Positions 37,201-51,900 of a stretch of 64,000 nt of DNA are shown in pieces. The notes beneath the pieces were generated by a model. The model did no database searches, was not told the DNA's origin, and worked only from the letters and a program-made list of their open reading frames with translations. The translations under genes and the position numbers were made by a program. Within the stretch, counting starts at the first letter, position 1, and every line of letters starts with the position of its first letter. This stretch comes from Antedon mediterranea (Eukaryota; Animalia; Echinodermata): positions 9,476,201 through 9,540,200 of the forward strand of contig NC_092670.1 in the NCBI RefSeq assembly GCF_964355755.1, written 5' to 3'.

Positions 37201-39127
37201 TTAATAAATGGTTGAAAAATTGTGTATTTTGGGAAGAATACAGTATCTTCGAAAGTTAGTAAAGTTAACCAATCAAATGCGTTGGATTTCTGTGACACTG
37301 ACGCACCATCACATACAGTATTTAATCTTTCTGTTTGATGTTTATAAATTCTGCAATTGGCAATATTTTTATTATTGAATTATAGATCGGTTTTATTAAT
37401 AAATTTGTATTAAAATTACGAATTAAAAAACTGTGGTATGTGGGACATCAAGCATGAATACGTCTTTTACGAAAATATATTTATTCAAATGGCGTAAATA
37501 GAAAAAAAAAATATGACGGCAATAAAATGGTAAAGGAAACTACGGTTCAATGACCTTATATTATCCACTAATACCGAAGACAGTTAGTTGCCAGTTGACA
37601 GCCTCAATATGCCAATCAAACTATCAAGCCCTGCCATTCAAAACTAAAGACTCATCACTTTGACAAATTGTTCTATTCAGATACTTGGTCCTATCACAGA
37701 AAGCTATTCAAGTAAATCTAGTTTAAGAACAAAGTTAACTATTACTGACCTCATTTCATATTGATAGTGGTTTATAATTTTGCTTTTGTGATAAAGCTAC
37801 TAAATTTGGAGTGATTTTTCATGCAAAATTGTACAAACATACTGAACTCCCAAAGTTGACCCAATTTAAGCTGATACACTTTAATCAAAGTTAATACATT
37901 ATTAATAATATATTGCGTATACTTATATAAATTCAAAAGCAAAATAATTAAAAGATGTTGTGGGTACCGGTACCTACAGCAAAAATTTAATAAATTTGAA
38001 ATTGGGAACGTGGGATATTTAAGGTTTAAGAGATTTGTAAAAAATGAGTGAATAAAGAACAGTATTTAAGAGTGAATGAAAGGCTACAATACAAGCTAAA
38101 AGAAAAAAAATTACAATACAAGATATTTATAGAATATTTTGTAAAGGTTTTAATAGAAATCTAACTAAACAGCTTAAAAGAAAATCATGCAATTATAATC
38201 TGTCTGAACTTCAGTAAGGTAGTAGATCTGTCGCTTGTGATTGGTCGAATTATGTTGTGTAAAGCTAAGTTCTAATACTAGTTACTGTATTAGTAATCCA
38301 TCCTAAAACATAATATATAATAGCCTCCTACTTTAATAGCAACCCCTTTCTGGGGTTAATATTAGCATAACAAAAAAAATGACATTCAAATAAAAAGTTC
38401 ACACAATATTTGCACATACGTGGTTGGTTGTGTTGAGGACTTTAAATATTCAAAATCTCATTAAAACAAATGCAATATATGTGACAAGAAAGCGGAAGGG
38501 GAAGAGCTGAGGGTGGGATGGGCTAGTTTTTCCAAGTGCCTAGATCAGCTTAGTAATGGTAACCCATTACTCTAATAGAAAACCCACCCTAAAAAGAATA
38601 GTGCCCAAGGTTTACCCTAACAGGAACCCAGCTTTATTCTATATACTATACATAATGTAATATTCTTTTAATTAGAATAAAAAGTGAGAACAACGCTCTA
38701 AGAATTCAATTTCCATAACCCATGATTATTAATGACTGGAATAGGAAATAAAGAGAAGTATTAAAAAAAGAGGAAAGGCCAAAAAGTTATTAGTACCTAT
38801 AATAATTGACAATAAAACTAGAAGACCTCGGTAACATGAATAAGTACTTTAATGATTTATACCAAGTATATCAATGTTAAATGTGATGGAATTTAATGTT
38901 AAGTGTACTTTACAGATGTCTACGTGAAGTTTTAAGCATATCAGGTAGTCACATTGATTCATGATGTTTATGTAATTACTTATTTCCTAAACACTATTTA
39001 GTAACTTGGATACACTATGTCAAACCAATGGCTTTCTATAACGAACTCTCTACTTTTTTAAGGATAAAATGTCGCCCTCAGATCATCACAACTATTTCGT
39101 GCATTGTACTCAAAAGAAGACATTATA

Positions 39128-39338
39128 ATAATATTTGTTCTGATATACCGCTTATTGCACAATGCTTCTAAGAGCTTCAAATTATTACCCCGGTCATTTT
39201 TTTGATCAAACACGTATGGTAACATACTCCTAAAATGCAGGAGGTAACCAGCGCAAAGTCATGTCTTGACCTAAAACCGGGTACCCCATTTGTACAACCT
39301 GAGTGGAGAGAGGCAAACATAAGTAAAGTGCCTAAAGA
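39128..39338 (-). mobile_element. SINE remnant (CORE-like central domain, L2-like tail)
   Basis: Minus strand reads ggcactttactt..ctctccactcaggttgtacaaatgggtacccgg, with tail gaagctcttagaagcattgtgcaataagcggtatat. Confidence 0.7.
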
Positions 39339-39589
39339 TATGTCCAAAAAAATCTGCCACACACCCTTACAATATTATGCTGGATAATGACCAATCATGT
39401 GGTAGTTCCATAGATGTCCACAAATGTTGGTTGTTCGTTAAATTTTGCTTTTTCATTCCCATAAAAGTTTCTAATAGTCTTTTTTTTTTGGATAAATTCA
39501 AAATATGTAATCATATTACAGATGAACCAATTCAGGGGATACTTTATAGTAAATAAAATGGAGGACAAGATGTTTTAACACCATGCCCA

Positions 39590-39710
39590 ACCCCTACCCA
39601 GGGGACCTCCCTAGGGTCAACACTTGGTAGTTGCATTGGGCTGCTCATGCACTGGGGTCCCTTAAGCACTGGAGCCCTTGGTTTAGCCAGTGAGCACTCA
39701 TAGCTATTAC
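39590..39710. mobile_element. Partial second copy of the 25425 hAT-type MITE
   Basis: gtagttgcatt.ggct..tcatgc and ggtttagccagtgagcactcatagct are shared with 25489-25564. Confidence 0.65.
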
Positions 39711-40321
39711 AGTTTGTTTGGTTCCTTAATGGGGTTTCAGTGTTCACTGAAGAAAACAAATATACTAGATAAAATATGTATTGCAGTGAATTACAATACT
39801 ACTATTTTGCATCAAAACATTTAAACGAAAACACATGGTAAAGCATACGATGTGAACCTTTGCCTTAAACTGTTTTGGCTGACCCTGCCATGTCTATCAA
39901 CATCATAGCACCTTCCTGAATTTCAGTTAAATCTGAAAAATGTCACATTATTATTATTTTCGTTGCTGTTCTCCATTGGATCATATCAAAATTATTCTAT
40001 TACAATTACTGCAGTAAATTTTGATTTTTACTACAGCAACCTCTGTAAAATATGTAATGTGTGTATGATTAAACAAAATAGCTTGTAAAAATAATTGCAT
40101 AAATAGCCCAAAAAATGTAGTTACTGCAATAACTGCAAAAGAATAATTTTGGCATAGTCCCTAAATTATTACTATTTTATTTCTATTGTCAAGAAAAAAA
40201 ATTACTATAAATGTTTCTTATTCTATTCTTAGTAAATATAAATCTACCTTTCTAATTGGTCAGAATGATAGCCAATCATCCTAGACTATTAACTTTATAT
40301 TCACTTCAAATTTACTGCCTA

Positions 40322-40405
40322 TTTTTTTTTTTTATTTAACCTTATTTTACCTTATTTATAGAAGGTGACCCTAATCAGCAGATGCTGACAATCAAGGGGC
40401 CCTCA
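40322..40405 (-). mobile_element. LINE/SINE 3' tail with a terminal stem-loop
   Basis: Minus strand reads gagggcccc..tcagcatctgctga..gggtcacc..aaataagg..A-run. Similar tails occur near 53335-53392 and 16409. Confidence 0.55.
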
Positions 40406-42036
40406 TATAAAGATATAAAACAAGACCATGTAGGCAAGGCAGGCCAATTGTAGGTGTATGCGATTTTGGACTGTATGAAGATTTAAGTTGTAGTTATTTT
40501 TCAGTAGAACCCCAATTTAAGGGAATAAGAAGCCAACAAGCTGTCCCCTTTATAAATAGGGGTTTTCATTTAATGATAAAACACATTGCCTCTTATTACC
40601 CCCTGAAAAGGGATGTCCAAAAGAAAGGGAATTCAACAGTATTGAAAACCACAAAGCTTTTTGTTTATACTATATAGTTTTATTTATTTAAAGAATACTT
40701 TCTACCAAGGTAACATGTATTTATTCACAAGTCATCAATTAATAATAGGATTGTTGTGATGTCAATTTGGGTACATGTCTATTGTACTGAACATTATGAC
40801 TGATTATTAATGCTCTAGATACTCGTCGTTCAAAAGTGCAACACACCTTTTTTATAATTGAAAATTAGGTTAAGTACGAGGGAAATCAGGCAGCACATAC
40901 CATGCAAGTAATGGTACGTACGTACTTAAAAGTTTCTACCGTGCCAAACAAGGAGACATCGTGTCCTATCTATCTATTTTTGATGACTGATAAACAGTAA
41001 ACCAGATTATCAGTAATAATTACCCATCAATGGGAAAAAAGAAATAAATTCTATACAATACAGGAAGAAAGTATATAAAGAATATAAAAGAAACTAAAGT
41101 GGATCGTTTTCCATAGATATATTGTCGCTAAATCATCCCTGCAGGCAATACATGAAAACTAACAAAAGATTTAAAAGAGGTACGACATCAACAATACAAA
41201 TGTAAACCGACTATATTTCCGTTCAACAAAACAAGTTCTCCTACGACAAATACTTGTCACGGTATTGCTTTTCTATAACACAAAGATAAAACAAATTTCA
41301 ATGATAAATTTAGTGTTTCAATTTTGATTAAAAAGTAGGACAGGTTTATTCTAACTAGTGACTTTCGGGTGATGTTATTGATATCTGCCTAAAGCTCTAA
41401 TAGGCTAGCATTTAAAACCCAGGTTTCTTTACTTGCATTTCCTTTTAGAATAGATTATAAATATGGACATCGACAATTTTTTAAGTAAAATTCTTGCTTC
41501 TGGAAGTAATTAAATGGATGAGAAAAATCTTAATATACAGATTTTGTAGAAATTTTAATAAATATACCTAGATGATTTACAAATTAATATTTCTGTAATC
41601 TGTGCTTTTTTATGGCTTGTTTTATTGATAAAAAAAAATGAGGCCTCAAAAAGAAGCGGCCTTAAATATGGGTTTTAAAACCACACAGCCTAAGTTTATT
41701 TCTACCTAAATTCAAGACAGCATCAACCCTAGTGTTTTATTTTTTCCCACCCCATTAACCTTTTCAAACCCCACCTCCAATCACTTCTTATAGCTACACC
41801 TTCACCTCTATAGTATATATTTCCTATTTGATTAATGATTAAAGACAAATATTACGTGTTTCAACAACATTTTCTTGATATATGACTTTAACTTATTTAT
41901 TCAAAATTAATCAAACTTTGAGTCATATTGTCAATAATTTATTTTTGTTCCTTTTATTTATTCATTTTGTAAAGATAAATGTTCAAGTACAATTACGTGC
42001 AGAAGTTGTATATGTGTGCTGCCATATTTTTTGTAA

Positions 42037-42809
42037 GGCCCTGTTTCTGCTGCCAAGAAAATACCGTATTTATACCGTATTTTTTTGGCAGCAAAAACAG
42101 CGCTCATAAAAAAAATACCGTATTTTATATACCATATTTTCCCCACAAAATTTGTGTGGATAAAATACGGTATTTACAAATTTATTCCGTATTTGTTGTA
42201 CCCTTTTCTGCTGCCAATAAAAAATACCGTATTTTTTTTACCTGTGACATGAGGTCAACATCGTGTTTTTATTTTCTGTCGCTGTCAGCTGTTTTACACA
42301 CGTGTATAGATATATTCGGCGAAAATGTGGAGCGAAGACGTCACAGTATTTACTATATAAATCTGTGTGGGGAAGGAGGGGGTGGTGAAGCTAAAATGTC
42401 CGGCCAACTAAAAGGTAATAAAAGGGACAACCACATTTATAAAGACATTTCTAAAAAAAATAAAGCAGCAGGAGTACGAAGACTTGTCTCCAAGCAAGTA
42501 AATTCAAAGCTGAAGAGCCTCGGGGAGGGAACGAATTACTTGTCCCCATTATGATGTTTTCTGTGCTATCACAACATCTCTATCACTAGGGCTAGGCTGT
42601 TGAAAGTGAGACGTAAAACTTCCTTTATTGCGACTTTTATTTATCGACCAAATAAATGAATGGCAATTTGGGTAAAAAGGATGAAATTTAACACGACCAC
42701 CCAAGAAGTATTGTTAGCAGAAACGGGGTACTAAAAAATACGGTATAAAAAATACCGTATTTTATACCGTATTTTTATACCGTATTTTGAGCAGTTGCAG
42801 AACAGGCCC
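42037..42809. mobile_element. PIF/Harbinger-type non-autonomous element
   Basis: TAA|ggccctgtttctgc ... gcagaacaggccc|TAA, with many aaataccgtatttt subterminal repeats at both ends. Confidence 0.8.
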
Positions 42810-44059
42810 TAAGATACTAACACCCTATTAATTAGGTTGGCCAAACAAATGAACTTCCGATAACAACTTGTCCATTATTGAGTGAAGTGTCGGATAAATC
42901 GAATACAGTAATCCATTATTTAAAGGATAGTGTCAATCTATATATTAAAAAAATATCTTAAAATAGGCTAGCATCAATAAAGACACCTGAAAATGCATGA
43001 GCTTCAATACATTTGCAATACACTATACAAGTCAAGCTGATTGATGAACATCCTTACTTAACTAGTTGAAGTTCACTTAAACAAAGTGCCTATTAAGCCT
43101 ACCACACAACCGATTCATTTTTTAAAACTCCTCAGAAGTGTTTGTTTTGTTACGCTTTATTAGACCAGATCATTTCTCCAACCTCCTATGAAATTTAAGT
43201 TTGCTTAACCCAGCTCGGTCAATGTTTACTTCGACGTTTGAAGTGTCCCTATTTTCTTACGGTCTCTCCACATAGCCTAGTTTTCGAGCAAAGTTGAAAT
43301 CGTATTTATTACCAAGATAATTAGTTTCTCGCGCAAACATGAAGTCGCTCAAGTTGTAATTGAATCACAAGTAAGAATAAGATGAATATTGTGATCTTAT
43401 GTAACTGCTAAATGAGAAATGATATGACTTCTATCCTACATTTTTCATATCTTTTATTGCCTACACAACTTATTTTATAACGAGTGTGCTACATTAAGGT
43501 ACTTAGTCTTAGAATAACGTAAGAATATAGATTACAAAAATATAGTAAGTATAACGCTATTCAGTAGCATACTTTTTTTAAATATAAAGAATAGAGGTAT
43601 CATCATCATTTTTTAATAGCAGACTTAGAAACTAAAATAAACTTTTAACAAAATAAGCATTTTGATTTTAAACAATAGCTTTCAGATTTTTCTTTTTTAG
43701 TGAAGGATTGAAGGTAAAAAAAACATATTGGCACTTTCTGTAGAAACATGGGCTTAAAGGGTGACTCCAGGTTTAAAATTATATTTGAAAGCATAATGAT
43801 AAAACCCCACTTGCTTTACAGTGGTGAAAAGTGGAGTAATATGACAACAACCTTTTTTTTGGTGCTACAAATGCCAGTGCTATTTAATTAATATATAATG
43901 AATTAAAATGTTAAATATTCGTGTGTAAATGTGTATGCTTCTTCAAGCTATATAGTTAGTTTATAAAAGTGCCAAAAATTTGCATAAAAAAATGTAAATT
44001 TGTTTTAATTTCTGATCACAAATATAATATGCTTATTTTTTATATTAAGGATTACTGTA

Positions 44060-44180
44060 AGCTCTGTCTACACTATCAAACTTTATGTGAAAAAAAATGT
44101 GCCCATATATGGTCACGATGACATCATATCACTACCATATTTGGGCACATCACATAAAGTTTGATAGTATAGATAGAGCA
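44060..44180. mobile_element. Harbinger-like MITE (agctctgtctacactatcaaac family)
   Basis: gctctgtctacactatcaaactttatgtga / tcacataaagtttgatagtatagatagagc. Confidence 0.85.
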
Positions 44181-44917
44181 TTAGACACTTTTAGCTTTAG
44201 AGAGATCCTTTAATAATTGCATTCTAAAAATATCTGCAATATTACGTGAAACTGTTGAAAAACCTTGAGAATCGCGAAGTTGAGAGAAAATCGGTGCAAT
44301 TAATTACGTACCGTACGTATTAATACGTAAAAGATGATTGCTAGACACAATATCAAGAAGGGTAGGGGCCTACTTTTCTATCGTGACTAACAAAAATCTA
44401 CACACGCTCGTGTCGCTAGTGGAACTAACTTTTTGACCTACATTGGTAAACAATTAGAACATTACCTTCAAATGCTAATATTGAAAGGATCCAAAAAGAG
44501 ATTCCTATCATCAAACGAATTACTATTAAACACTTATTCAATGCATATTATTTAGGTCAATTACTTGTGGAAGTAAGTTAAGTTGCCCTGAACAAATGTA
44601 CTAATACACTTGTCATTGTTTTCAATCACATTTCTAAGTCAATATGAACATTTAAAACAACACAACAGATGAATGGCAGTGAAGGTGCGAATTACAAGGC
44701 TCAGACACGTTATGAGGCCTAGCCTGGGTACAGACACTTAACCCAATTACTTGGTACAGCACGCAAATAAAACCTTGAAAATTTACTATCTAAATGAGAT
44801 AGCAAAAGAATTTTAAAGACTAAATTAGAGTCAAATATTTATAGTCTAGAAAGTGTTGATAACAAGTTAGTCTGTCTAGTCATTCTAAATATACCGTAAT
44901 TTATGTATAGTAGAGCC

Positions 44918-45306
44918 CTCTATTCATGGGACACCTCTATTAAGGGGACATACTTTATTAAAGGGACATCTCTATTAAGGGGACACCTCTATTAAGGCGA
45001 CACCTCTATTAAGGGGAAACACTCTATTAAGGGGAAACACTCTTTATTAAAGGGACACACTCTATTAAGGGGACACCTCTATTAAGGGGAAACACTCTAT
45101 TAAAGGGACACACTCTATTAAAGGGACACCTCTATTAAGGGGACACACTCTATTAAGGGGACACACTCTATTAAGGGGACACACTCTATTAAGGGGACAC
45201 CCTCTATTAAAGGGAAACACTCTATTAAAGGGACACACTCTATTAAGGGGACACCTCTATTAAGGGGAAACTCTCTATTAAGGGGACACACTCTATTAAG
45301 GGGACA
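44918..45306. repeat. 17-18-bp minisatellite, about 22 copies (GGGGACAC[A]CTCTATTAA), expanded inside a Tc1/mariner-type MITE
   Basis: Direct tandem units preceded by a tagtagagccctctattc terminus. The same motif occurs in the MITEs at 46291, 48905 and 59391. Confidence 0.93.
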
Positions 45307-46290
45307 TTTTCAGTAGAACCTTTCTTATCCCCAAAACAAAATCTTATAAATAATTGCATAATCAGATTTAAACAAAATATAGTTACCATAGTAACAGTAG
45401 AATAGTTTGGACATGGTTAAAATAATAGGTAAACAAAATTAAAACATTTAAGAAAACAATATTGTAATAATAATTATAATTATAAACCACAGAATACTTT
45501 CTCTTTAATATATTAAAAACATCCTTTTTATTGGTCATGTTGCTAATAAAAATTAAGTTTAAATTGTTGTTGTTTAGAAAATATAAATATACTACAAATC
45601 ATACAAAAAAGAAAAAAAAACTTCCGACCGGTAACAGTAATAAGGAAGCAGTAATTGCATACACACCACGAGTTGACCTACTTATACCATCAAAATTGAT
45701 ACTAATTCATTATATTACACAGTACTAGAGGTAATATTAATTCACTATCATTTCCAGATAAATAGGCCATTTCTAGTAATCTTCCTGTCATGTGGCCTTA
45801 TATACACCCTTAACTTTTGGTTTTATCTCTCAAGAGACTTATTTTAAGCAGGCAAGTAAGAAATATAGGTTCCAAATAAACTGGGTTGCTTACAGCAAGT
45901 GGGCGGCATGTCCTGTTGGAGTTAGCAGTAATTTAAAAAGTGGGTAGCTAGCTAAAACCTGAGTTCTGTTGACTGAAAGCACCCAGTGATGTGTCCATCA
46001 ATCATCCATCTGTCAACGGATCAATCTCCTAGTGAGTCAGTATTACTCACTATAATACTAATATTAATAATACCATATAACAAGTAATATATTGATATCC
46101 TCCCACAAACAAGAACCAATTGATGATAATAATATTAATATAGTAGACCTTTAAAGGACACAATTATTCAGAGGACACTCCAATTCAGAGGACACCTCTA
46201 TTCAGAGGACACCTCTATTCAGCAGACACTCACTAATATTAAGGGGACACTACCAAGACAATATATGTTTCAAAATAAGTGTACTAGCTA

Positions 46291-46373
46291 CAGTAATCCC
46301 TATTCAGAAGACATCATTTATTAAGGGGACATTTTGTTGTCCCGAAGGTGTCCTCTTAATAGGGATTTTACTG
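46291..46373. mobile_element. Short Tc1/mariner-type MITE (CAGTA termini); related fragments at 11115-11150, 46140-46250, 47810-47835, 48905-48960, 59391-59555 and 62430-62520
   Basis: TA|cagtaatccctatt ... aatagggattttactg, with an internal ggggaca / tgtcc inverted motif. Confidence 0.7.
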
Positions 46374-48309
46374 TCTAATAATTTGCTATCCAATACTACT
46401 TTTGATTTGATCTTAATCAATTTATTTTATTGAATATACTTGAATTAAAATTTTAAGAAAACATTGATTGGGTTGAGCGAAAAAGGAATATGATGATTTT
46501 AAATTGAATATTAAAACTGTTGACAGTAATCTTATACACGAGGTGTTGTATCTTATACATCATGTTTTCCATAAAATGAGCAATTTTTTTAAAATTAACC
46601 AATTACCAGTAGTTTTAATGATGCAATTTGTGAATTATCTACAAATGCGTTCAATCGATTTAAGCAAGCAACAAAATGTCTTGTGGCAAATGAAAATTGG
46701 TGGAAATTCAAGTCACGGAACATGATTAAGTTTTAATGATTAATACTATTAAAGACTAGATTCTTCTTTGCTCTTGACTGCAAAATTTAATTCAGCATAA
46801 CATAACGTTTATTAGTACTAATGTACCAACGGTATATAAGTTCATTGACCTTGAAGTCCTTCAATCAAAAACACTTAAACTTGAAACCATCCCTAAATAA
46901 TACGACTTAGATCTCCGATACTCCTGGCACGATTAAAATATTTGACCACGGGAATAATGGATTACAGAAATTAAGCGGTTCTAACGTCGTCACGGAGGGT
47001 GTAGATTGGATTGACTGTACGCTGAATCAGTGGCAGCGTGAACCACTTGGCAGACAACCAAAGTGAACTAGTTTTCGCATGCAATTGGCCTATTTACTCA
47101 AGGTACGTCGACGGTCTGTTTAGCTTCTGTGCATTTCAAACGTCGGCAAAAATATAAACGTATTTTGACATGTTACACAAATTATAATCACATTACCCCA
47201 TTTTATGTTCAATCTATCATGTTTGTACATGTACTTGCTACTAATAAGTATAAGATCATAAGTCATGACGTATAATATCTATAGACTGTACTAGATCTTT
47301 ATGATTAAATCAGCAATCAGAACTTAGTATACACTCAATGGCGTATCAGGGGGAATTTGACGTAACAGAGGGTAAGTGATTGCGCCAGCAATTTCCAATA
47401 CCTTTCACCAATTGTTCTACGATTTTATCTTCATCTATTCAATCTACAAATTCATGGGGAGAAAAGTTCAATGTTGATAATTTAAGATTTAAAGTATGGT
47501 ATGTTTTTTATTTAATTAACATTTGACATTAAACAAACACTTTGAAGATTGTCGGTTAGTCGTATACGTGATGCATTGATCACAGAACGATCTGTACAAA
47601 TCGCCCGTATGTAACATTTTAAAAACCATTACTGTCTTTGTTTGAAGACGTTTTAAATTTTTTTGGGTTTCTCTGTTGAATTTAAAATAGACCATTTTAT
47701 TAGTTATAGTTAAAATAATATTTTATAGTACTCCTACAAGTGCAACAAAGCATATCTGAAGTGTAATAATAGTTGTGTTATAAATGTCTATTTGAAGTTC
47801 ATTTCACCAGAAAGTGTCCCCTGAATAGGGGTTTCTTAATAAGCAACTTTGTTAATCTCCGTCACTTTCCTTTCAAATATTATTGGTTATAGTAATGGAT
47901 TGAAAGAGCCTTAAAAAAGTGAAATCAATAACTGTTCAAATATTAATTATTAATAGAATAGTACAGAGAGACATGTTATAAACAAAACTATCCCGATATT
48001 TTTGCATTAAAATTTGCATTCTGTAATGGCATACAAAAAGGCGACCAATTTAAATGTTTTAACGGTTTATTTGAGGATGCCATCCAGTTATTTTCCCGTT
48101 ACTGCTTTTAAAGGAAATAGCAGAAATTTGTTGAAACAACTATGCTCTCAATCGAAACAGGCCTTAACTGGTACTGTATACTACTCATTTTTTAAGGATT
48201 CCATTTTATTTTATTTCAACTTTATTAATTCTTGATTAAAATTGTATATAATAGTTAACCATAAAATTGCCAACAGGAACTGGGTCCCGGTAATGACCTA
48301 CTATCGTAA

Positions 48310-48600
48310 CTACAAGTACAACATTTCTGCAAGAGTGAAGAACTTTACTTGCCAAGCGTTCTCGTAAAGCGTACATTTACAAAATATAAATCGTAACTCT
48401 GAAAGAAACACAATCATACAATTGTTGTTCATTTTCAATTCAAAGAATGTTGATTCAGTATAAAGCATAAATAGTGCAAAAGGGTGGTAAAGAAAGTCAA
48501 TATCGGAATCCTTTATACAATAGCTGACATGAAGGTAACTGTGAAAGTAGAGGTCGTTGGAAGGGCAACCACAGTTAAGAAGGTAGATGAGACCTATTGA
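48310..48600 (-). mobile_element. Degraded CR1-like LINE 3' end
   Basis: Minus-strand NCGCPSNDLYFHSYLH..Y ... NNNCMIVF resembles the CR1 C-terminal CxCG..E..H..L.C..Y / N..IF region. Confidence 0.35.
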
Positions 48601-51482
48601 ACAGCACTTGTCACAATACAATACAACTTTATAATAACTGTACAACTAATCTGGTTATTCTAAGTCAATTATTAACATTATCAACAATTCTGTACACATT
48701 TTTAACATTTTGGACAAATAGTACATCAAAACTCTTTGACATAGTAACTTGTTGATAGCGAAAGGCGTTCTTCAGGTGAGTTTTCAATCAAAGGTTTTTA
48801 AGGGGAGTGATGACAGGAAGGGAAACCATGATAAAAAATAGAAAGGGGTTTTTTAACATCGTCCACTTTTATTGTAATACGCTGTAATATTTAACAATTC
48901 ATATAAAGTAAAACCTCTCTGTTTGGAACACCCCTTTTCAGGGGACACTTTCCTGTGACATGAACGAGGGAAAATATATGTTTAACACTACAACCAATAT
49001 GCAATAAAATTTATAAAATATATATTGCTTTAAAGAAAAGAATTGTTTTGAATTTAAAATTGAACTAAAATTAAAAAACACAGATGCCGAAAATAAAAAG
49101 GCTTCATATCCCTGTCTAACTGTAATATATTTTGCTTTTTTTTTTTATTACAAATTTTTTTAAATTCAAATACAGTATAGTGTGTATATATATATAATAT
49201 AACAACCTTATGGATTTTCAAACAGTACTAAGCTTTTTCTGGATGTCAGAGGCTAGATGTCAGAATGTCAATCAATCAAATTGAAACCTTTATAGACAAA
49301 TGGCTACCAATAGTCATGAATTGCTTGCAACCCTGCCCTACTTAATATTAGCAACACTTTTTTACTGACTTTATTCAACTATGAGCTGGGATTTTCATGC
49401 CCCATTAATCAATTTCGGATGATGTCCAACTTTGTTAATCTCCGGTCATAAATCATTTTTTTTTACAATAGATTTTGCAATTTATATTAAACTTGTTTGA
49501 AAAGCCAATGCATAGTTGTTGATATTTACCATCCTGATAAGAGTTTTCTATAACAATGGTTGCTTCCTATAAATATATATTACACAACTTTTTTGTTAAG
49601 TTTTATACTGTTGACATGTGCAATTTGTATTACTAACAAGAGATTAGCTATCTATCTAGGTTTGATTAACCAACTAATACAAATATATTTCATGTAAATA
49701 TTTTAAATAATAAAATATTTAAACCTACTACTAGTTTAGAAACTTTAACCCACCAGTACACAGAGTTTCCTAACTCATAACATTTTTATTTTTTTTTTTA
49801 TTTACTATAATATAAATGCCAGTTCACTAAAAAAATAATTGAAAATGTTCTGAGGTGTATAAATATGCAAAGTTAAACAATCATTTTAGCAAAGTGAAAT
49901 GTTAACTATCTTCATCAAGCAATAAAAATGATTAACAAAAGCCCAACAAAACTTTGCACACATTATCAACATATTCCATTATCCAAAAGTAGGATTAACC
50001 CATTAAAAAAAAGAATTAAATGAAGAACTGCCACAACAGGTGCTAAGCATACACTTACATTAAATGATTTTCCATATACCTTGGAGCAAACATTATATAT
50101 CTATTACCTTCAAGCTAACTTCCTAAACTGATTTCAAAGTCAAAAATTCAATGATTAATAACGGCAATAAATCATTACATCATAAACACTACCATCAAAT
50201 ACAATATAAATGGTATGGCTAGTGGAGACATTGGGTTAAGCTCTCAGGAAATGGGCTAAAAAACCATGAAGAGTAGCACCCAGATACTTCTGGACTAATT
50301 AACATTTTTTAGCAATGAGTTCTAAGATTTGTTGTTAAGTAGTGTACAAATCTGCTCAAGTATTTCCTGTGCTCATTGAATTATTGTCAACAAACTTGAG
50401 AGATGTGGACAAAAAAAAGGTAATAACTTACATTCGCCAGCAAGAGTTCAAATGTTCTTGGCTAGCAAGCAAACTTTATAAAGTTACACATGTGAAAGTT
50501 TATTTGCTGATTGTTTTTGATACACCTTCAGAATGAAAGGTTTAATTACTAAATATTAAACTACTTGGTAGTCTGAATCTAAAATGTCTCGAAAACAATC
50601 AGTTGTATAAAGTGTAAACTGGTTACAGATATGAAACGAAAACAATCTCAAAGCATTTAGAAATTTAAGTTTTAAGAAAACCTGAAGAACTTTAAAAGTT
50701 GAAATATGCATTATATTTTTCGTTTGATTTTTTAAGTTTTAACAAGGAATATTTTAATATCCTACAAGATTCTGAATCAGTTTTATTTGTTTTGCTCAAA
50801 GATAAGTTAAATGAATAAACAAATAATTTAGAAATTTCCAAGTTAAAAAAGTAAACAAACTTAACTATACTACTTTGACAACTGGTTCTGAATCTAAAAA
50901 TAAACAATTTAAAAACAAGGGGTTTTTTTTTTAAAGTAAAGGTGAATAAAGTTCCCAATAAAAATGAAACATTCGTAAGAAAAAAACGTTTAAAAGACTA
51001 AACAATTTTTTTTTCTCAATAAAGAAAATTATAATATTAATTGATTCTAAAATATATCAGTTTTATTAAGAAAATAAAGGTGAAAAATTTGTACAAATGG
51101 AAAAGCAAAATAATTTAAAAAACCTAAAAACACTTACTGCAACCTTAAATTTTCCTAGAATTAATGAGATTTAAAAAGTTCTGTTACTTCTTCAAGATTT
51201 CCTGGCATGTGCCAAAATAGTTTGGTATAAAACACAATTGAGCATAATCCCAGAATTTAACATAAATGTCTTGATAAAAGTTTGGTTTTTTTTTATAATG
51301 GTAAATATGTCGCAGTGACATTTTGTCGGCAGGAAGCAATTGCCTATTTATTTGATAACAGGGCACTAATCCGACTGACTCGTCGTAAGCTTGCGAAGGA
51401 GTGCAAAACCTTATATAAAGGTTCGACTATGAGTTGTCAGCTTATTATTGTGTTGACAATCTTTGGGGATGAACTAACCTGA

Positions 51483-51900
51483 GGTTTGAATCAACTTTTT
51501 GAAGGACTTCAACAAAACAGGTAAGATTATCTGATTTAGATTTTACCAACAATATTATATATTATTACTACCAGTATAACCATAATTTTTTTTTTTTTAA
51601 ATGTTGAATTTTTATTTGGGTTGAATCAACTTTTTGAAGGACAACAAAACTGGTAAGATTATGTGATTTAGATTTTAGAATTTAACAAAAATAATACGGT
51701 ATATATTATTACTATTATCATAGTCATTATAATATTTATTACAAACAGGTAATTTAGAGTTTATTATCATAATCATTGTTTTAATATACTACATTTTAAA
51801 TTCTGATTTGTCACGGATAAACATTTTTAATAACTTCAAACAGGTAATAAAATTATTTAGATTTTATAATTTACCAAAAATACTAATACATCATTCTAAT
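51483..51900. repeat. Decaying tandem duplications (about 95-140 bp)
   Basis: ttgaatcaactttttgaaggac..caaaac.ggtaagattat.tgatttagatttta occurs twice, plus two further aaacaggtaa..tttag units. Confidence 0.65.

Noticed and set aside
42508-42540. Hammerhead-like CTGAAGA-G-CCTC..GAGG-GAAC
   Set aside because: GAAC instead of GAAA, a very short loop and location inside a DNA transposon; likely chance.
41979-42554. 191-aa ORF
   Set aside because: Lies within a Harbinger-type element and is built from aaataccgtatttt repeats, with no domain-like content.
50680-50712. Hammerhead-like CTGAAGA..GAAA
   Set aside because: AT-only stem in the wrong register, with no stem I or UH site.
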